DNA from: Neovahlkampfia damariscottae
Lineage: Eukaryota
Length of the DNA: 60,039 nucleotides
NCBI GenBank assembly: GCA_016618085.1
Contig: JABLTG010000037.1
Span: forward strand, 62,001 to 122,039
Direction: 5' to 3'
Of this stretch, positions 38,110 through 50,813 are shown piece by piece; within the stretch, counting starts at the first letter, position 1, and every line of letters begins with the position of its first letter. The translations under genes were made by a program, and so were the position numbers. The notes beneath the pieces are model-generated. The model was not told where the DNA came from. It did not search any database and saw only the letters and a program-made list of their open reading frames with translations.

Positions 38110-39838
38110 ATGAGTGGGCAAGGGAACGACTTCGAATTTGGAATGAAAAAAAGAGATTTTAATAAACTACCAGAACTCAAAAAGGATTTCTATTTTGAAA
38201 ACTCAGTGTTCAAAAAAATTACGGAAAAAGAAACTAAAGACTTTCGCGAAAAACATGAACTCAAAGTATTTGGAAATGATATTCCAAACCCAATGATAAC
38301 ATTCGAATCAACATGCTATCCAGGTAAATACATATAATTTGCCTTTACACCCTGTCGTCAAAATATAAAATTCTTTTCCAAAAGAAAAACTAAAAATAAT
38401 TCTAGAAAAGAAATGTTTTTGAACTTTTGAAAAGGAATGATTATCACGGTGTGGTGTGAAGGTTGATATTTTAAGAACATTTTCTAATATTTTAATAGAT
38501 TCAATTTTAAAAGTTTTAACTGGAGCAGGATTTAAAGCACCAACACCAATTCAAGCACAAAGTTGGCCAATTTGTCTCAAAGGAAAAGATTTTATTGGAT
38601 TAGCTGAAACAGGTTCAGGTAAAACTTTAGGATTTTTATTACCTGGAATGGTACACATGAAAGCACAACCAGAATTAAACAGAGGAGATGGTCCAATTTT
38701 ATTAGTTTTAGCACCAACAAGAGAATTAGCTATGCAAATTAACAAAGAATGTGAAAAATTTTTAGGAGGATTAGGTGTAAAATCATGTTGTGTTTATGGA
38801 GGTGGATCAAGACAAGAACAAGTTTCAAAATTAAGAAATGGAGTTGAAATTGTTATTGCAACACCTGGAAGATTATTAGATTTATTAAATTCTGGTATTA
38901 CTAATTTAGATAGAGTTACATATCTTTGTATGGATGAAGCTGATAGAATGTTAGATATGGGATTTGAACCACAAATTAGACAAATTAATGATTTAATTAG
39001 ACCAGATAGACAAACTTTAATGTGGAGTGCAACATGGAGTAAAGAAATTCAAGGATTAGCAAATGATTATTTGAATGATCCTTCTATTGTTAATATGGGT
39101 TCAGTTGATACATCAGCAAATCAAAGAGTTACACAAAAATTTCTTTTTATTCAAGAAATTGATAAACAATCAAGATTGATAAAATTAATGGATGAATTAA
39201 TGGATGGAAGAAAAATTTTAATTTTTACTGCAACAAAAAAGGGTTCAGATGATGTTTGTAAAATTTTAAGAAATCAAGGATGGCCATGTCTTGCAATTCA
39301 TGGTGATAAAACTCAATCAGAAAGAGATTGGGTTATGAAAGAATTTAGAGGTGAAGATTGTCCAATTTTAGTTGCTACAGATGTTGCTGCTAGAGGTCTT
39401 GATATTAATGATATTAAATTAGTTATAAATTATGATATGTCAAGAGATATTGAGACTTATGTTCATAGAATTGGTAGAACTGCTCGTGCTGGTAATACTG
39501 GTGTTTCAATGACATTCTATACACCATCAGATTTAGGTATTGCTTCAAAATTGAAAGATATTTTAGTTGAAGCAGGTCAACCTGTTCCAGAACAATTAAA
39601 AAAATTAATAGATATTGCAAAACAACAAAAATATGATAAGAAAAAAGGTGGTGGTCATAGATCCTATGGTGGTGGAAATAGATCATATGGAGGTAGTGGT
39701 GGTTATGGTGGTGGAAATAGATCATATGGTAACAATAATGGTGGTGGTAGTTATAGTGGTGGATATGGTGGAAATCAATATTCTGGACAAAAAAGAAAAT
39801 ATGATGATAATTCTTCATACTCAAATAAAAGATATTAA
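38110..39838 (+). CDS. DBP2: DEAD-box helicase DBP2/DDX5
   Basis: AETGSGKT, DEADRMLDMGFEPQI, MWSATW, HRIGRTAR, Gly/Tyr-rich tail; 175-nt intron 38324-38498. Confidence 0.93.
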
Positions 39839-39904
39839 ATTTTAAAATCATCTTTTCAATATTTATTTTTTCAATACATTTTTATTAATAAAATAAATTA
39901 AAAT

Positions 39905-41292
39905 TTGAATTGAATTTGATTCATTTAATACCTTTGATAAACTTTCATTTAATTTTTGATTATTTTTATAATTTTGATTCATAAAATTGATATTTAAAAG
40001 AGTATCGTTTGAGTGTTTGAATATTTCAATTTGATAATGAAATGAAATTAATAATATTTTTGATTTCTTTAAATAAACTTCAATTAAAAATGAATCATCA
40101 TCTAATTCTTTAATTGAAGAATTATTTGAATTATTAAATATATTTTTAATTAAATTATTTAAAATATCTTCATCATTTAAAATCTAATCAATTAATAAAT
40201 ATGATAAAACTTACATTTAATATTTTTAAAATATTATTATTTAAATTATTATCATTTTTTATGAATATTGAATCCATTCTAATCATATTTTCATTTTTTA
40301 TTTTTGATATAAATTTAATAATATCTTTATCTATTAAATATGTAGATGATTCATTCAAATTTAAATCATTCTTTTGTTTTTCAAATTTAAATTCATTATT
40401 TATCATTTTATTATTTAATAAATTATATATTTTTTGACCAACTAAAATAGATTAATTTTATCATAATTTCAAACCATGAAAAGGAATAAATTTTAAATTT
40501 AAAAAGTTTAAAGTAAAATAAATTTCATTATTCTTTTTTGTTAAAGATAAAATTAAATCATCATTATTTTTAATTTTGAATCCAAAGTATGATTTAATTG
40601 GTTCAATTTTTAAATTATTTAAATATAATTTTAATTTTTCAATACCTCCATAATCTTTTAAAATTAATTCAAATTTTAATATTTTAATTAAAAATAATTC
40701 AAATTCTTTATATTTTTCATTTTTTAATAAATTAGTTAATCTTATTGAAATTAAATTTAAATTATTTGAATCATCTTCTGATACACCTGATATTATTACT
40801 TTTTCAATACAATTTAAATTATAATGTATCTAAATTTAATTAATTAGTTTAGAGAAAGGTTACATCAATAGTAAATATATCAACTGCAAATGTATAACAT
40901 TCAATTTTCTCTTCTTTATAAATCATATGATATTCTTCAAATTTCATATTCATTTCATCTGATATATGTTTAACTACTTTTGATAATTCATAGAATTTTC
41001 CTTTTTTTTTTTAATAAAGTGAGTTTAACACTTTACCTAATCTTAATTTCATTGTTATTTCATCTAATTTATTTTCAATAAAATATTCTTTTTTTTCTTT
41101 TAAATTTAAATATTTTTGTTCTTTCTTTAAAATATTTTGTTTTAATTTTGAAAGTGTTTCTCTCATTTTCTCTCTTTTAAAATCAATATTAAAATAATAT
41201 GGATTTATTTTTCCTTCATCTTCTTCTTTATTTAATGATAATTCAGTTGATAATTTATTCCACACATCAAATAATTCTTGACCTTGATTCAT
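39905..41292 (-). CDS. Hypothetical multi-exon protein
   Basis: ORF fragments joinable by small GT-AG introns; CCAAT upstream; 3' end approximate. Confidence 0.45.
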
Positions 41293-41342
41293 TATTGATT
41301 TGGTTGGACAAAAAAAGTCAAAGATTTGATTGGATAAAAAAA

Positions 41343-42622
41343 TTAATTTTTAAATTTATTTAATCTACCATACATTTCAAATGCACCAATACCAAAATTC
41401 CAATTATCTGAATTCTTTTGAAAATTCAAAATTCTAAAAAATCTAAAAAAAGATTGATTTGAATTTTGAATTCTAAATGTTTTTGATTCATTTGGTTCAT
41501 GAAATATTAAATTTGGATCAATAAATACTTGTATTGTAATCCATTCAATACCATTATTTGAACCTTCAATTTTAAAAGATATTGGATAACAACATGATTG
41601 AGAGAAATGTTTTAAAGTAAATGATGAAATTAAAACTGAATAATTTTTTAAATCAATTTGAAATGCACAAATAGATGTTGATTCAATCCATAAATCAGAA
41701 TCATTTCTACCAACTAATGTTGATAAATCACCATTTATTTTATTTTGTCCCCAACAAGAAACAGAAACTAAATTTTGTTTCATTGGATTTGACCATTCAT
41801 ATTTACCTTCTTTACTTCCAATATAATATAAAATACCATTAGTATCAAAATCTTTTTCATATTTAAACTTTATCATTTTAGAATTTAAATGTAATTATTT
41901 ACTTGTATTGAATTTCTTGGATTTTCAAATTTCTTAAAATAAATATTTTTATAAATAGATAATAATAAATCATTATTAAAATATTCTTCAATTTCTTCTA
42001 ATAAATTAATATCAATAATCGTAAATCTAATATAAGGTAATATTTCATTTAATAATTTTTTATTATTTTTTGACCATTTTAAACATTTTTTAAATATTTT
42101 AAATTCATTTTCAATTTTAAAATGATCACTTTTTAATAATTTAATTAATGATTCTTTTGATAAATTTAAAAATTCATTACAATTTAATATTTCATTAGAA
42201 TATAATTCAATTATATTTAAACACCATTGTTCTAATAATTTAATTTCAAATTTTAAAGATAATTCTAATAATTCAATAATAATAATATAATCCATTGTAT
42301 CTGATGTTTTACCACAATATATAAAATATAAGAATTCTATTCATCAAATTAATTATTATTATTCTATTATTTTACCATAAAATGTAATTGGTGAAATATC
42401 AGTATAAATTAATTCAATTAAATCTTTTTCTTCTTTAAACATCTTTTCAAAATAAGAACATGATGAACTTATTATAAATTTATGACCTGACATTTCAATT
42501 AATTCAGGTCCAATTAAAAATTTAATATCACTAAATTTATTATTATTCACAAAACTTTGATATTTTTCATTTAAATTTATTATTCCTTCAATACGTTTTT
42601 GTGATAAATTTGAAAAAGACAT
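41343..42622 (-). CDS. BTB-BACK plus F5/8-type C (discoidin-like) protein
   Basis: FSDIKFLIG..GHKFII, BACK FLNLS..LLKSD, DFDTNGILYYIG, FKIEGSNNG; two introns. Confidence 0.85.
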
Positions 42623-42706
42623 CAACAGTTCTCTTTTGTTGTTTGGGTTTTTACTGATTTTTTATTGGTTGAATAAGTTTGGATTGTTTAAAGTTCTTTA
42701 TTTGGT

Positions 42707-42903
42707 TTATTTATTCACAGAAACATTCAATAATTCTTCTCCTTCATCTTCATTTTCTTTTTCATTTGGTATTTTTTCTAAATTTTCTTGACATTCTTGT
42801 TGTATTTTCTTTGTTCTAAAATATTAAAGAATAATTTGAAAGTTTACTGTTCAATCATTCTCTGAAGATTTGCTTCCATGTTGGATCCATCAAAGTTGTC
42901 CAT
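42707..42903 (-). CDS. Small spliced acidic protein (~54 aa)
   Basis: MDNFDGSNMEANLQRMIEQ-TRKIQQEC...; one 32-nt GT-AG intron; CCAAT upstream. Confidence 0.55.
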
Positions 42904-43080
42904 GAAGTAATGAAAATCTGTTTGACCAATTAACTTTTGTTGATCAAAAAGTTAACTTGGATATAATTTTTTCCTTTTTAAAATAATTTTAGAATGAAGT
43001 TTCCATTCTTTTATTCATTCCAAAGGTATAAGCTGTGATTTCATTGGTTAAAATTATTTTAATTGGAAGAGTTTTTTTGG

Positions 43081-46000
43081 ATGAAGTTTGGAAAACTATT
43101 TGAAGCTCAGCAACGAGAAGGATGGAGTTCTCATTATATGGGTTACGGAATCTTAAAAGATATATTAAAAGAGACAAAAGAAACGGACAACAAAAGAGAA
43201 TTATCAACCATTGAAGAAAAGTTTATGAAACAAGTAAAAAAAAAAAAAAAAAAAAAAAAATTAAAGAAATTAGTTTAATTTTGAAATAGCTAAAGTTAAT
43301 AATTTTACATCATCTAAACATGATGAATTAATTAATTCAATGATTTCACTAATTAGAGAATTAGGTTTAGATTGTAAAGTAACCAATAAAGAAAAAAAAG
43401 AAATTATAATTGATATTGGAGGAGATGATATAAATGATGTATCTGAAACTGATTCAGAAAAAGGAATTATTGATAAAAATTTAATTGAAAAATGGGAAAT
43501 TAATGTATCCGAATTTTGTAAGAATTTAGTTGCAGTAGATCAATATATAATATCAAATTCAACTGCATTTTCTAAAATAATAAAGAAATATGATAAACAA
43601 TTTCAAAGAACAGTTAAACCATGGATTATTCAAAATCTTGAAAAAGAATCATTTAAAAATTTTGATTTAAATTATTTTGTTACACCTTTAAGTGAAATAT
43701 TTGAATATTTAGAAAAAAAAAAAAAAGGAAATAAAAAACAAGAAGAAGAAGAATGGAAACCACCAAGTTCATTTGAAAGATCAACAACTAAATATTGGGT
43801 TAAATATGAAGATTTATTAAAATTAAAAATTGATATTATTAAACATTTACCTGTATTAATTTTTAAAAGAAAAAAATTTTATGAAGATGAAAAATTAGAT
43901 TTAAATGATTCAGAATTATTATCAAAATGGTGTGAAAAAACATTAGATTCTTCAAAAATAACAAGTGTTTATTTAGATACAGATTCATTTGATTTTTATC
44001 ATAATAGAATTGAAAGAAAAGAAGGTGCACAATTATTTAGATTTAGATGGTATGGTACAAAAATGAGTGATAGTCATATTGTATTTCCAGAAAGAAAAAC
44101 TCATCATGAAAGTTGGACTATTGACACTTCAACAAAAGAAAGAGTATCTATAAAATGGAAACATGTTAAAAAATATATGTCAAATGAATGGAATATTGAA
44201 AAATATATTGATAAACAATTTCGTGAAGGTAAAATTACAAAAGAAGATAAAGAAAAACAAATTGAATTATCCAATGAAATTCAAAAATCAATTTTAAAAG
44301 AAAAATTAAAACCAGTAGTTAGAACTGCATATCAAAGAAGTGCATTTCAATTATCTACTTCAAATGCAATTAGAATTTCAATTGATACAAAATTAACTTT
44401 TAATAATGAAGATTTACCAATGAATGAAAATGATTGGTGTTTAAAAAATCCAGAAATTACATTAGAATTTCCATATGCTGTTTTTGAAGTAAAATTACAA
44501 GATGAATCACCTGAATGGTTAACTGAATTATTATCATCTTATGAAGAAAGAAATGCAATTATACCAGTTTATAAATTCTCAAAATTTTTACAATCATCTG
44601 TTATATTTCATAAAGATAAAATTAATATTTTACCACATTGGTTATCAGAAGAACATGAAGAATTACAACCTTTATATGAAAAAATAAAAGAAGTTGAAGA
44701 AAAATTAAAATTAAAAGATGAAAAATCAGATTCAAAAAAAAAATTATTTAATCAACATGATTTAAAATCACAAAGAAAATTATCAATGGGAAATTCAAAA
44801 TCTGATATTTTAATTAATAATGAAAAGACACCTTTAATTAAATCATCATCATATTCAATTAAATCATCATCTTTAAATAATGATATTTATTCTGAATTAG
44901 AATTAAATAATGATAAAAAAAATGATTCATTTTTTTATTCAACTTTTTCAAAAATTAAAAATTATTTTCTACCAATAGATCAAAATAAAAAAAAAAAAAA
45001 ATTTGTTCCAACAAAAATTGAACCAAAAACTTATTTTGCTAATGAACGTACTTTTATGAATTGGATTTCAACTTCAGTATTAATTCAAACAATGGCATTT
45101 TTATTATTGAATTTAGGTAATAAAATTGGTGCAATGATATTATCTCCATTTTGTATTCTATTTTTAGGATATGCATTATATACATATTGTTGGAGAAGTT
45201 ATTATATTGCAATAAGAAAAGATGTTTCATATCATGATAAATGTGGTCCACCATTTTTAGTAATGATTTGTAAGTAGTCTTTTTAAATTTATTATTATTA
45301 TTATTATAGTAATGTTAGGTGTTATATTATCTTATATTATTGTATTTACTCCTGAATTTCATAAAACTTATACAATTTTGAATAATAAATCAGATTGTAA
45401 TTTAATATCTGATAAATTAAAATTGATATCACCAACTGGATTAAGTCAACAAATTAAGAGTATGGGTATGGATAAGGGTTTAAATAAGGGTTTAAATAAG
45501 GGTTTGAATAAGGGTTTAGATATGGATATGGATATGAGTTTGGGTTTGGGTTTGGGTTTGGGTTCGAGTTCGAGTTCAAGTACTAGTATAGATACTAATA
45601 TCTATTATCTATCTTCAAGTTATTCAATTTTAAAAATTGAAAATGAATCTATTGAAAAATATTTAATACCAAATATTGATATTCAAGCATTAACATTAAA
45701 GAATGGTACATCTGATGAGATTTATATTGGATTTCAAAAACCAAAGAATTCAATTGGTAAATTTAATTTTAAAACTAGAAATTTGACCATGTTATTTAAT
45801 ATTGATGAATATTTAGGATCAAAAGAACCATTATTAGAAGGATTAACATATTCAAAAGAAGATGATATTTTTTATGCAAATTCATTGGATGGTATAATTG
45901 GATTTAAAATTAATGAACAAGAAAATACTATAAAAGCTATTAACAAAATTAAATCATCCATTTATTTGAATCATTTAAAATTAGATTCTCATATTGAGAA

Positions 46001-46283
46001 TTATTCAAAAATATCTGATATTTCAATATCAAATCAAAAAATGTTTATTTTATTTCCAAATATTTTTAAACTTTTAATATTGGATTTAAATAGAGGTCAA
46101 GTTGAAGGATTATACCTTTTACCTGCAACTGAAAAGAATTGGCAATCTATACATTCAATTTCAATTCAAAAATCAAATACTAATTTTTGGATCAATTTAG
46201 CTTCAGATTCTCCATCAGAAATTTGGAAATTTAATTTTGATCAAACTTCGACTTATGGATTTCCATCTTGTGCTTGGAATTGA
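43081..46283 (+). CDS. VTC4: Polyphosphate polymerase VTC4 (SPX-VTC-DUF202) with C-terminal extension
   Basis: MKFGK SPX start, TTKYWV, RFRWYG, ERKTH, EVKLQ, KFSKF, EPKTYFANERTF; introns near 43234-43272 and 45270-45309. Confidence 0.92.
45460..45591 (+). repeat. G-rich simple repeats (ATAAGGGTTTRA x4, TTTGGG x4)
   Basis: Visible directly; bounded by GTATGG and TAG. Confidence 0.85.
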
Positions 46284-46385
46284 AATAAATTTTAATTTTT
46301 AATTTTTATCCAATCATTATCAAAAACCAATCAGATTATTTTTTTGGTTTTCACCAAAACCTGTTAAAAATCTTTTCAAAGGAGA

Positions 46386-47891
46386 ATGAAAATTGAGAAT
46401 TTTCGAATTGATTCTTATGGTAAGATTAGTATTTTGTTAAAAAACAAAAAGAAATAAAAAAAAGTAATAGTTCAAAATATGTTATATATTATTGTTTATG
46501 TACTTTAAATGATATTGCAAATGTTGTAATAAAAAAGAGATATAGTGAATTTCATTCATTATCACAAGATATTTCAAAATTAAAACAAACTCAAAAAATT
46601 GAATTTCCACCAAAACTTGTTTTAAATAATTTTCAAAGTGAAAAGATTAATCATAGAAAAGATCAACTTGATAAATATATGAATGAAATACTTTTAATTA
46701 AAGAATTTAATGTTCAAACTAAAAATTATAATAGTTTTAACTCTCTTTTTTAGGTACCAATTAGAAATTTTATTTATAATGGATTAATACAATTATATTC
46801 TGAAAAATCATTAATATTTCTTTGTTTAGGAACAAGTAATTGTGGTAAAACAACATTTTGTAAACAATTATCATTTGATGAATATGTTTGAAACACAAAT
46901 TATTTTCTAATTCTATTAATAGAATATACCAAATTTAAATTTAGATTCAATATTGGATGATCAATTAAATTATGTTAAATTTTTAAGAAAAACAATATTT
47001 TATAATTTGATTGAAACTACTAAAATATTAATATCAGAAAAACGAAATGAATTTAAAGATGAAAAGTAAGAGTACATTGTGGTGGATTTAAATCTTATTT
47101 TTAGAGTTTTAAAATTTTGTGAAGAATTTAATGAAAGTATAAAAAAACATAAAGATGAAATAAAAATAATTGATGAAAATAGAGAATTATTATTATTTTT
47201 TTGGTCAAATTTAGAAGTAATAACAATATTTAATTCATTTAATAATTCATTAAATTTAATACAAAATGGATCATTTTATTTAATTAAAAATATTGAAAGA
47301 ATATGTTCAAATAATTATAAATTAACTTTTAATGATATATTACATTCATCAAGATCAACTTTAGGTATTGTTTCAAATCAATCATCAAAAACATTAAAAA
47401 TACTTGATACAGGTGGTAATAGATCAGAAAGAAAGAAATGGAAAATTACATTTCAAGATACAAATGCAATTCTTTTTTTTATAAATACTTCTTCTTTTTC
47501 TCAAAAGAATTTAGAAGATGAAATTACAAATAAATCAGATGAAGAATTTAATACTTATTCAGAAATGATCAATGAAGAATGGATTTCAAAAAAACCAATA
47601 TTTTTAATTTTTAATATGACTGATTTATTTAAAAAACAAATTGAAAATGGTTTTGATTTAAAGAAATTTGATTCAACATTCTTTAAAGATTTTAATGGTG
47701 AAAATACTTATAATGATATTTTATCTTTTATTAAAGATAAATATTTGAAAATTAGATCAAAAAATGTTACAACTTTCGTTACATCAGGTTTTGATTTTGA
47801 AAGAAATTTGATTTTATTAAATAAAATGTTGGAGAAATTAAATGGAAATGAAATTGATACTCACTACCCATATGATCCAATTTTAGAATAA
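46386..47891 (+). CDS. PX domain - G-protein alpha-like fusion
   Basis: KRYSEF/FPPK PX motifs, then LGTSNCGKTT, DTGGNRSERKKW, FNMTD; introns 46420-46451, 46712-46753, 46886-46922, 47066-47104. Confidence 0.82.
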
Positions 47892-47939
47892 AAACTTGTT
47901 TTTGAAAGGAAAAAAAAACAAAATTCTACAAAACAAATT

Positions 47940-48173
47940 TTATTTTAATCTAATGACTAAATGAAGTGTATTTTCTTTTGAGATGTTGTAGTCCCCTACA
48001 CTTTTGTTGTCTTCCAATTCTTTTCCTGAAAAGATTAATCTTTGTTGATCGTATGGGATTTGTTGTTTAGCTTGGATTTTTTTCTTTAAGTCAACAATTT
48101 TATCACTATCTGTAACATCGAGAGTTAAAGTTTGATTTGTAATTGTTTTAACAAAAATTTGTTTGCTTGACAT
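47940..48173 (-). CDS. Ubiquitin-like protein lacking C-terminal GG
   Basis: QIFVKT..., [21 protein letters not shown]. Confidence 0.9.
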   Translation of the reverse strand: MSSKQIFVKTITNQTLTLDVTDSDKIVDLKKKIQAKQQIPYDQQRLIFSGKELEDNKSVGDYNISKENTLHLVIRLK

Positions 48174-48473
48174 TCGTTTTTTGGTGAGGAGTAGAAAAAA
48201 TGAAAATTATTGGTTCTTTTAAAAAAAATCTAAATCTAAAAATAGAATTCAATTCCGAATTGAAGGTTAAATCCAATGTTTTTGAAGGAATTGTGAAGAA
48301 AAAAGACCATCATGAATTCTAAGAATAGATTTCCAGAAGAAGATTCGAATCATGGATGATTGGTCATTGTTTTCTTTTGAATAAAGGAACAGAACTTTTC
48401 TTGAAAGTGTTCATTTTCTATTGAACAAAATTGTCCAATCAGAAAAACAGTTCACTTTTCAACAAAGTGCAGA

Positions 48474-48857
48474 ATGTATGGCAATGGAATTGAAAGAATC
48501 ACTGCAATGAGTTTAAAACAACTCATTTTAAATCAAAAACCTAATTTTCAAATAATAGATGTCAGAGATGATGATTATGATTTTGGAAAGATTGTTGGAG
48601 CTAAGAATTTTCCATCTTGCACCTTTGATGAAACACTTGAAGAATTAACAAGTTTTTTAAAAAATAATGAAAAAAAGAAAATAGTATTTCATTGTTTTTT
48701 TAGTCAAGCAAGAGGACCAAGGTGTGCACAAATATTTCATGAATACATCAATTCAAAAGAACCAAACCATAAATTTGAGATTTTAATTTTAGAAGGAGGA
48801 TGGAATAATTTTAAAGAAAAATTTGGAAATGATAAAAAATTGATTGAAAAAATATAA
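48474..48857 (+). CDS. Cdc25-like rhodanese-fold phosphatase / arsenate reductase (Acr2/Ibp1-like)
   Basis: IIDVRDDD, HCFFSQARGP, LEGGW. Confidence 0.88.
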   Translation: MYGNGIERITAMSLKQLILNQKPNFQIIDVRDDDYDFGKIVGAKNFPSCTFDETLEELTSFLKNNEKKKIVFHCFFSQARGPRCAQIFHEYINSKEPNHKFEILILEGGWNNFKEKFGNDKKLIEKI

Positions 48858-48928
48858 ACTTTATTAGAAATGACTCTAATAATGAGTATTGAATGAATGA
48901 GTGTATCATAATATTTCTTCTTTTATTC

Positions 48929-50666
48929 TCAAAATTTTAAATTTTCATCATCATCATTTTCACCTTCAATTTTCCATAAATTTGGTTTGAATTCAATAAA
49001 TAATTCACCTTTTAATGTATCTTGTAATTTAAAATTTAATTTATAAGATTGATTTGATTCAAATTTTTTATCTAAAACATTAAATTCACATGAACCTAAT
49101 CTATCATCAGATTTTAATAAATCTTCATCAAAAAGATCAAATTGAATATATAATTCATTTAAATGATTATATTCTAATAAATCATTGGATGATATTTTTA
49201 AATTAAATTTTTGATACCATTTTGGGTTTAATGATTTTTTAATAACTCTTGTTGTATAAACCTTTTTATTAAATTTAATTTTAACATAAGGATCACTTGA
49301 ACCATTAAAATCCATTGGCATTAAATCTAATGCAAATCTAATTTTTAAAAAAATAGAAGGTAAAAATTTAGGTTGACCAAATAAAGTAATCTTCTTTTTT
49401 AATTCTAAACAACCTAAAAGATTACATAAATGTTGAAATGTTTCATTTTCATTTTCACAATATAATTCAGTTTCACCTTCCATAAAATCTAATACTTCAT
49501 CACGATGTTCATCTAATTGAATTGAACCTAAATCAGGTGGATTTAAACGAAAATATTCAATATTTGAATTCTTTTTCATTCCTGTTATTGTATCACATAA
49601 ATCTAAATGTATCTTTTCAACATCTGTTAATGTTTGAAGCATATTCATAAATGTATTGGTAAAATGTTTTAATGCACCTTTTACTTTTTTATTTGAATGT
49701 ACTTCTGATTGTATTGATTGTTTACCACATCCTAATGATACTAATATAATTTGATCATTTGGCCATAATTCAATTGCTTCTCTTAATGCTATTTTTGATG
49801 GATTTAAATCTGTTAATCCACCATCAACATATTCAATATTATCTTTTTAAAAAATGTAAATTATATATAATTTATACTTATTTTAACAGGTTCAAAATAA
49901 AATGGTGCTGCAGATGTTGCTCTTAATATTTCTTTTATGGTACAATTATAATCTTGTTCAATATCATTGGATCCTAAATGTGGTGATGTATTATTCTTAA
50001 ATGGTGATATATAACTTCGAAATATATAAGAACAATAATTTTGCGTTTCATTTTTTGTTGCTGCAACCATAAAGAATTTTGGATCTTCTTTTAAAAAGTT
50101 TTTAATTGGTTCATCAACTTTATCACCAAATGCAATATTCATGGTTGTTTCCATCTTTTTAATATCATACCATCCTTGTTTTTTTAAATTTTGTATATTT
50201 GATATTTTTTCACTAACTCCAATTTGAAACATACTTTTACCAAATGAACTATATAATTCAAAACAATCTGATGATTCTAACTTTAAGTTTTAGATATTGA
50301 TTTAATTATTACTATTCCTGATGATAATCCAAATGTTAATAATCCTCCTGTTGATGTACCACATACTAATAATATTTAAATTTGAAACATTAATCTTACC
50401 TAAATCAAAAATATCATGTATCTTTCTATTTGTTCTTTTTTCAATTTCTTTTAACATTTCAGCCATAATTATACCTCTTATACCACCACCATCACTTTAT
50501 TTTAGTTTTTTTTTTTTTATTTTTTTTACAGACATAACATTTTTTTTACTTTTGGTTTATTTTCTTTTAATTCTTTTTCTCTGAATTCACTTTTTTTTTC
50601 TTTTTTTCTAGTTGGTTTTGTCGGTTTTACTATCTCTTCATCTTTATCAGAGGTGGATTTAAACAT
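48929..50666 (-). CDS. Patatin-like phospholipase with C-terminal C2 domain
   Basis: DGGGIRG, GTSTGG, RATSAAP, DGG, then DFNGSSDPYV C2 motif; three introns. Confidence 0.9.
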
Positions 50667-50813
50667 TTTACAAGTTCTTTTTTGTGTGAAAGGATGCGGA
50701 GAAATAATTAACCAATGAAAATAGAATTTATTTAATATGAGTATATGGGGTATATATTCCCTACGAGTATACATAATCCATTAATACAGATCCCCCACTA
50801 TGAAGATGATTCA

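Noticed and set aside
48306..48365. GACCATCAT...ATGATTGGTC inverted repeat as an ncRNA
   Set aside because: Short, imperfect and overlapping a CCAAT box in a divergent promoter; no box motifs.
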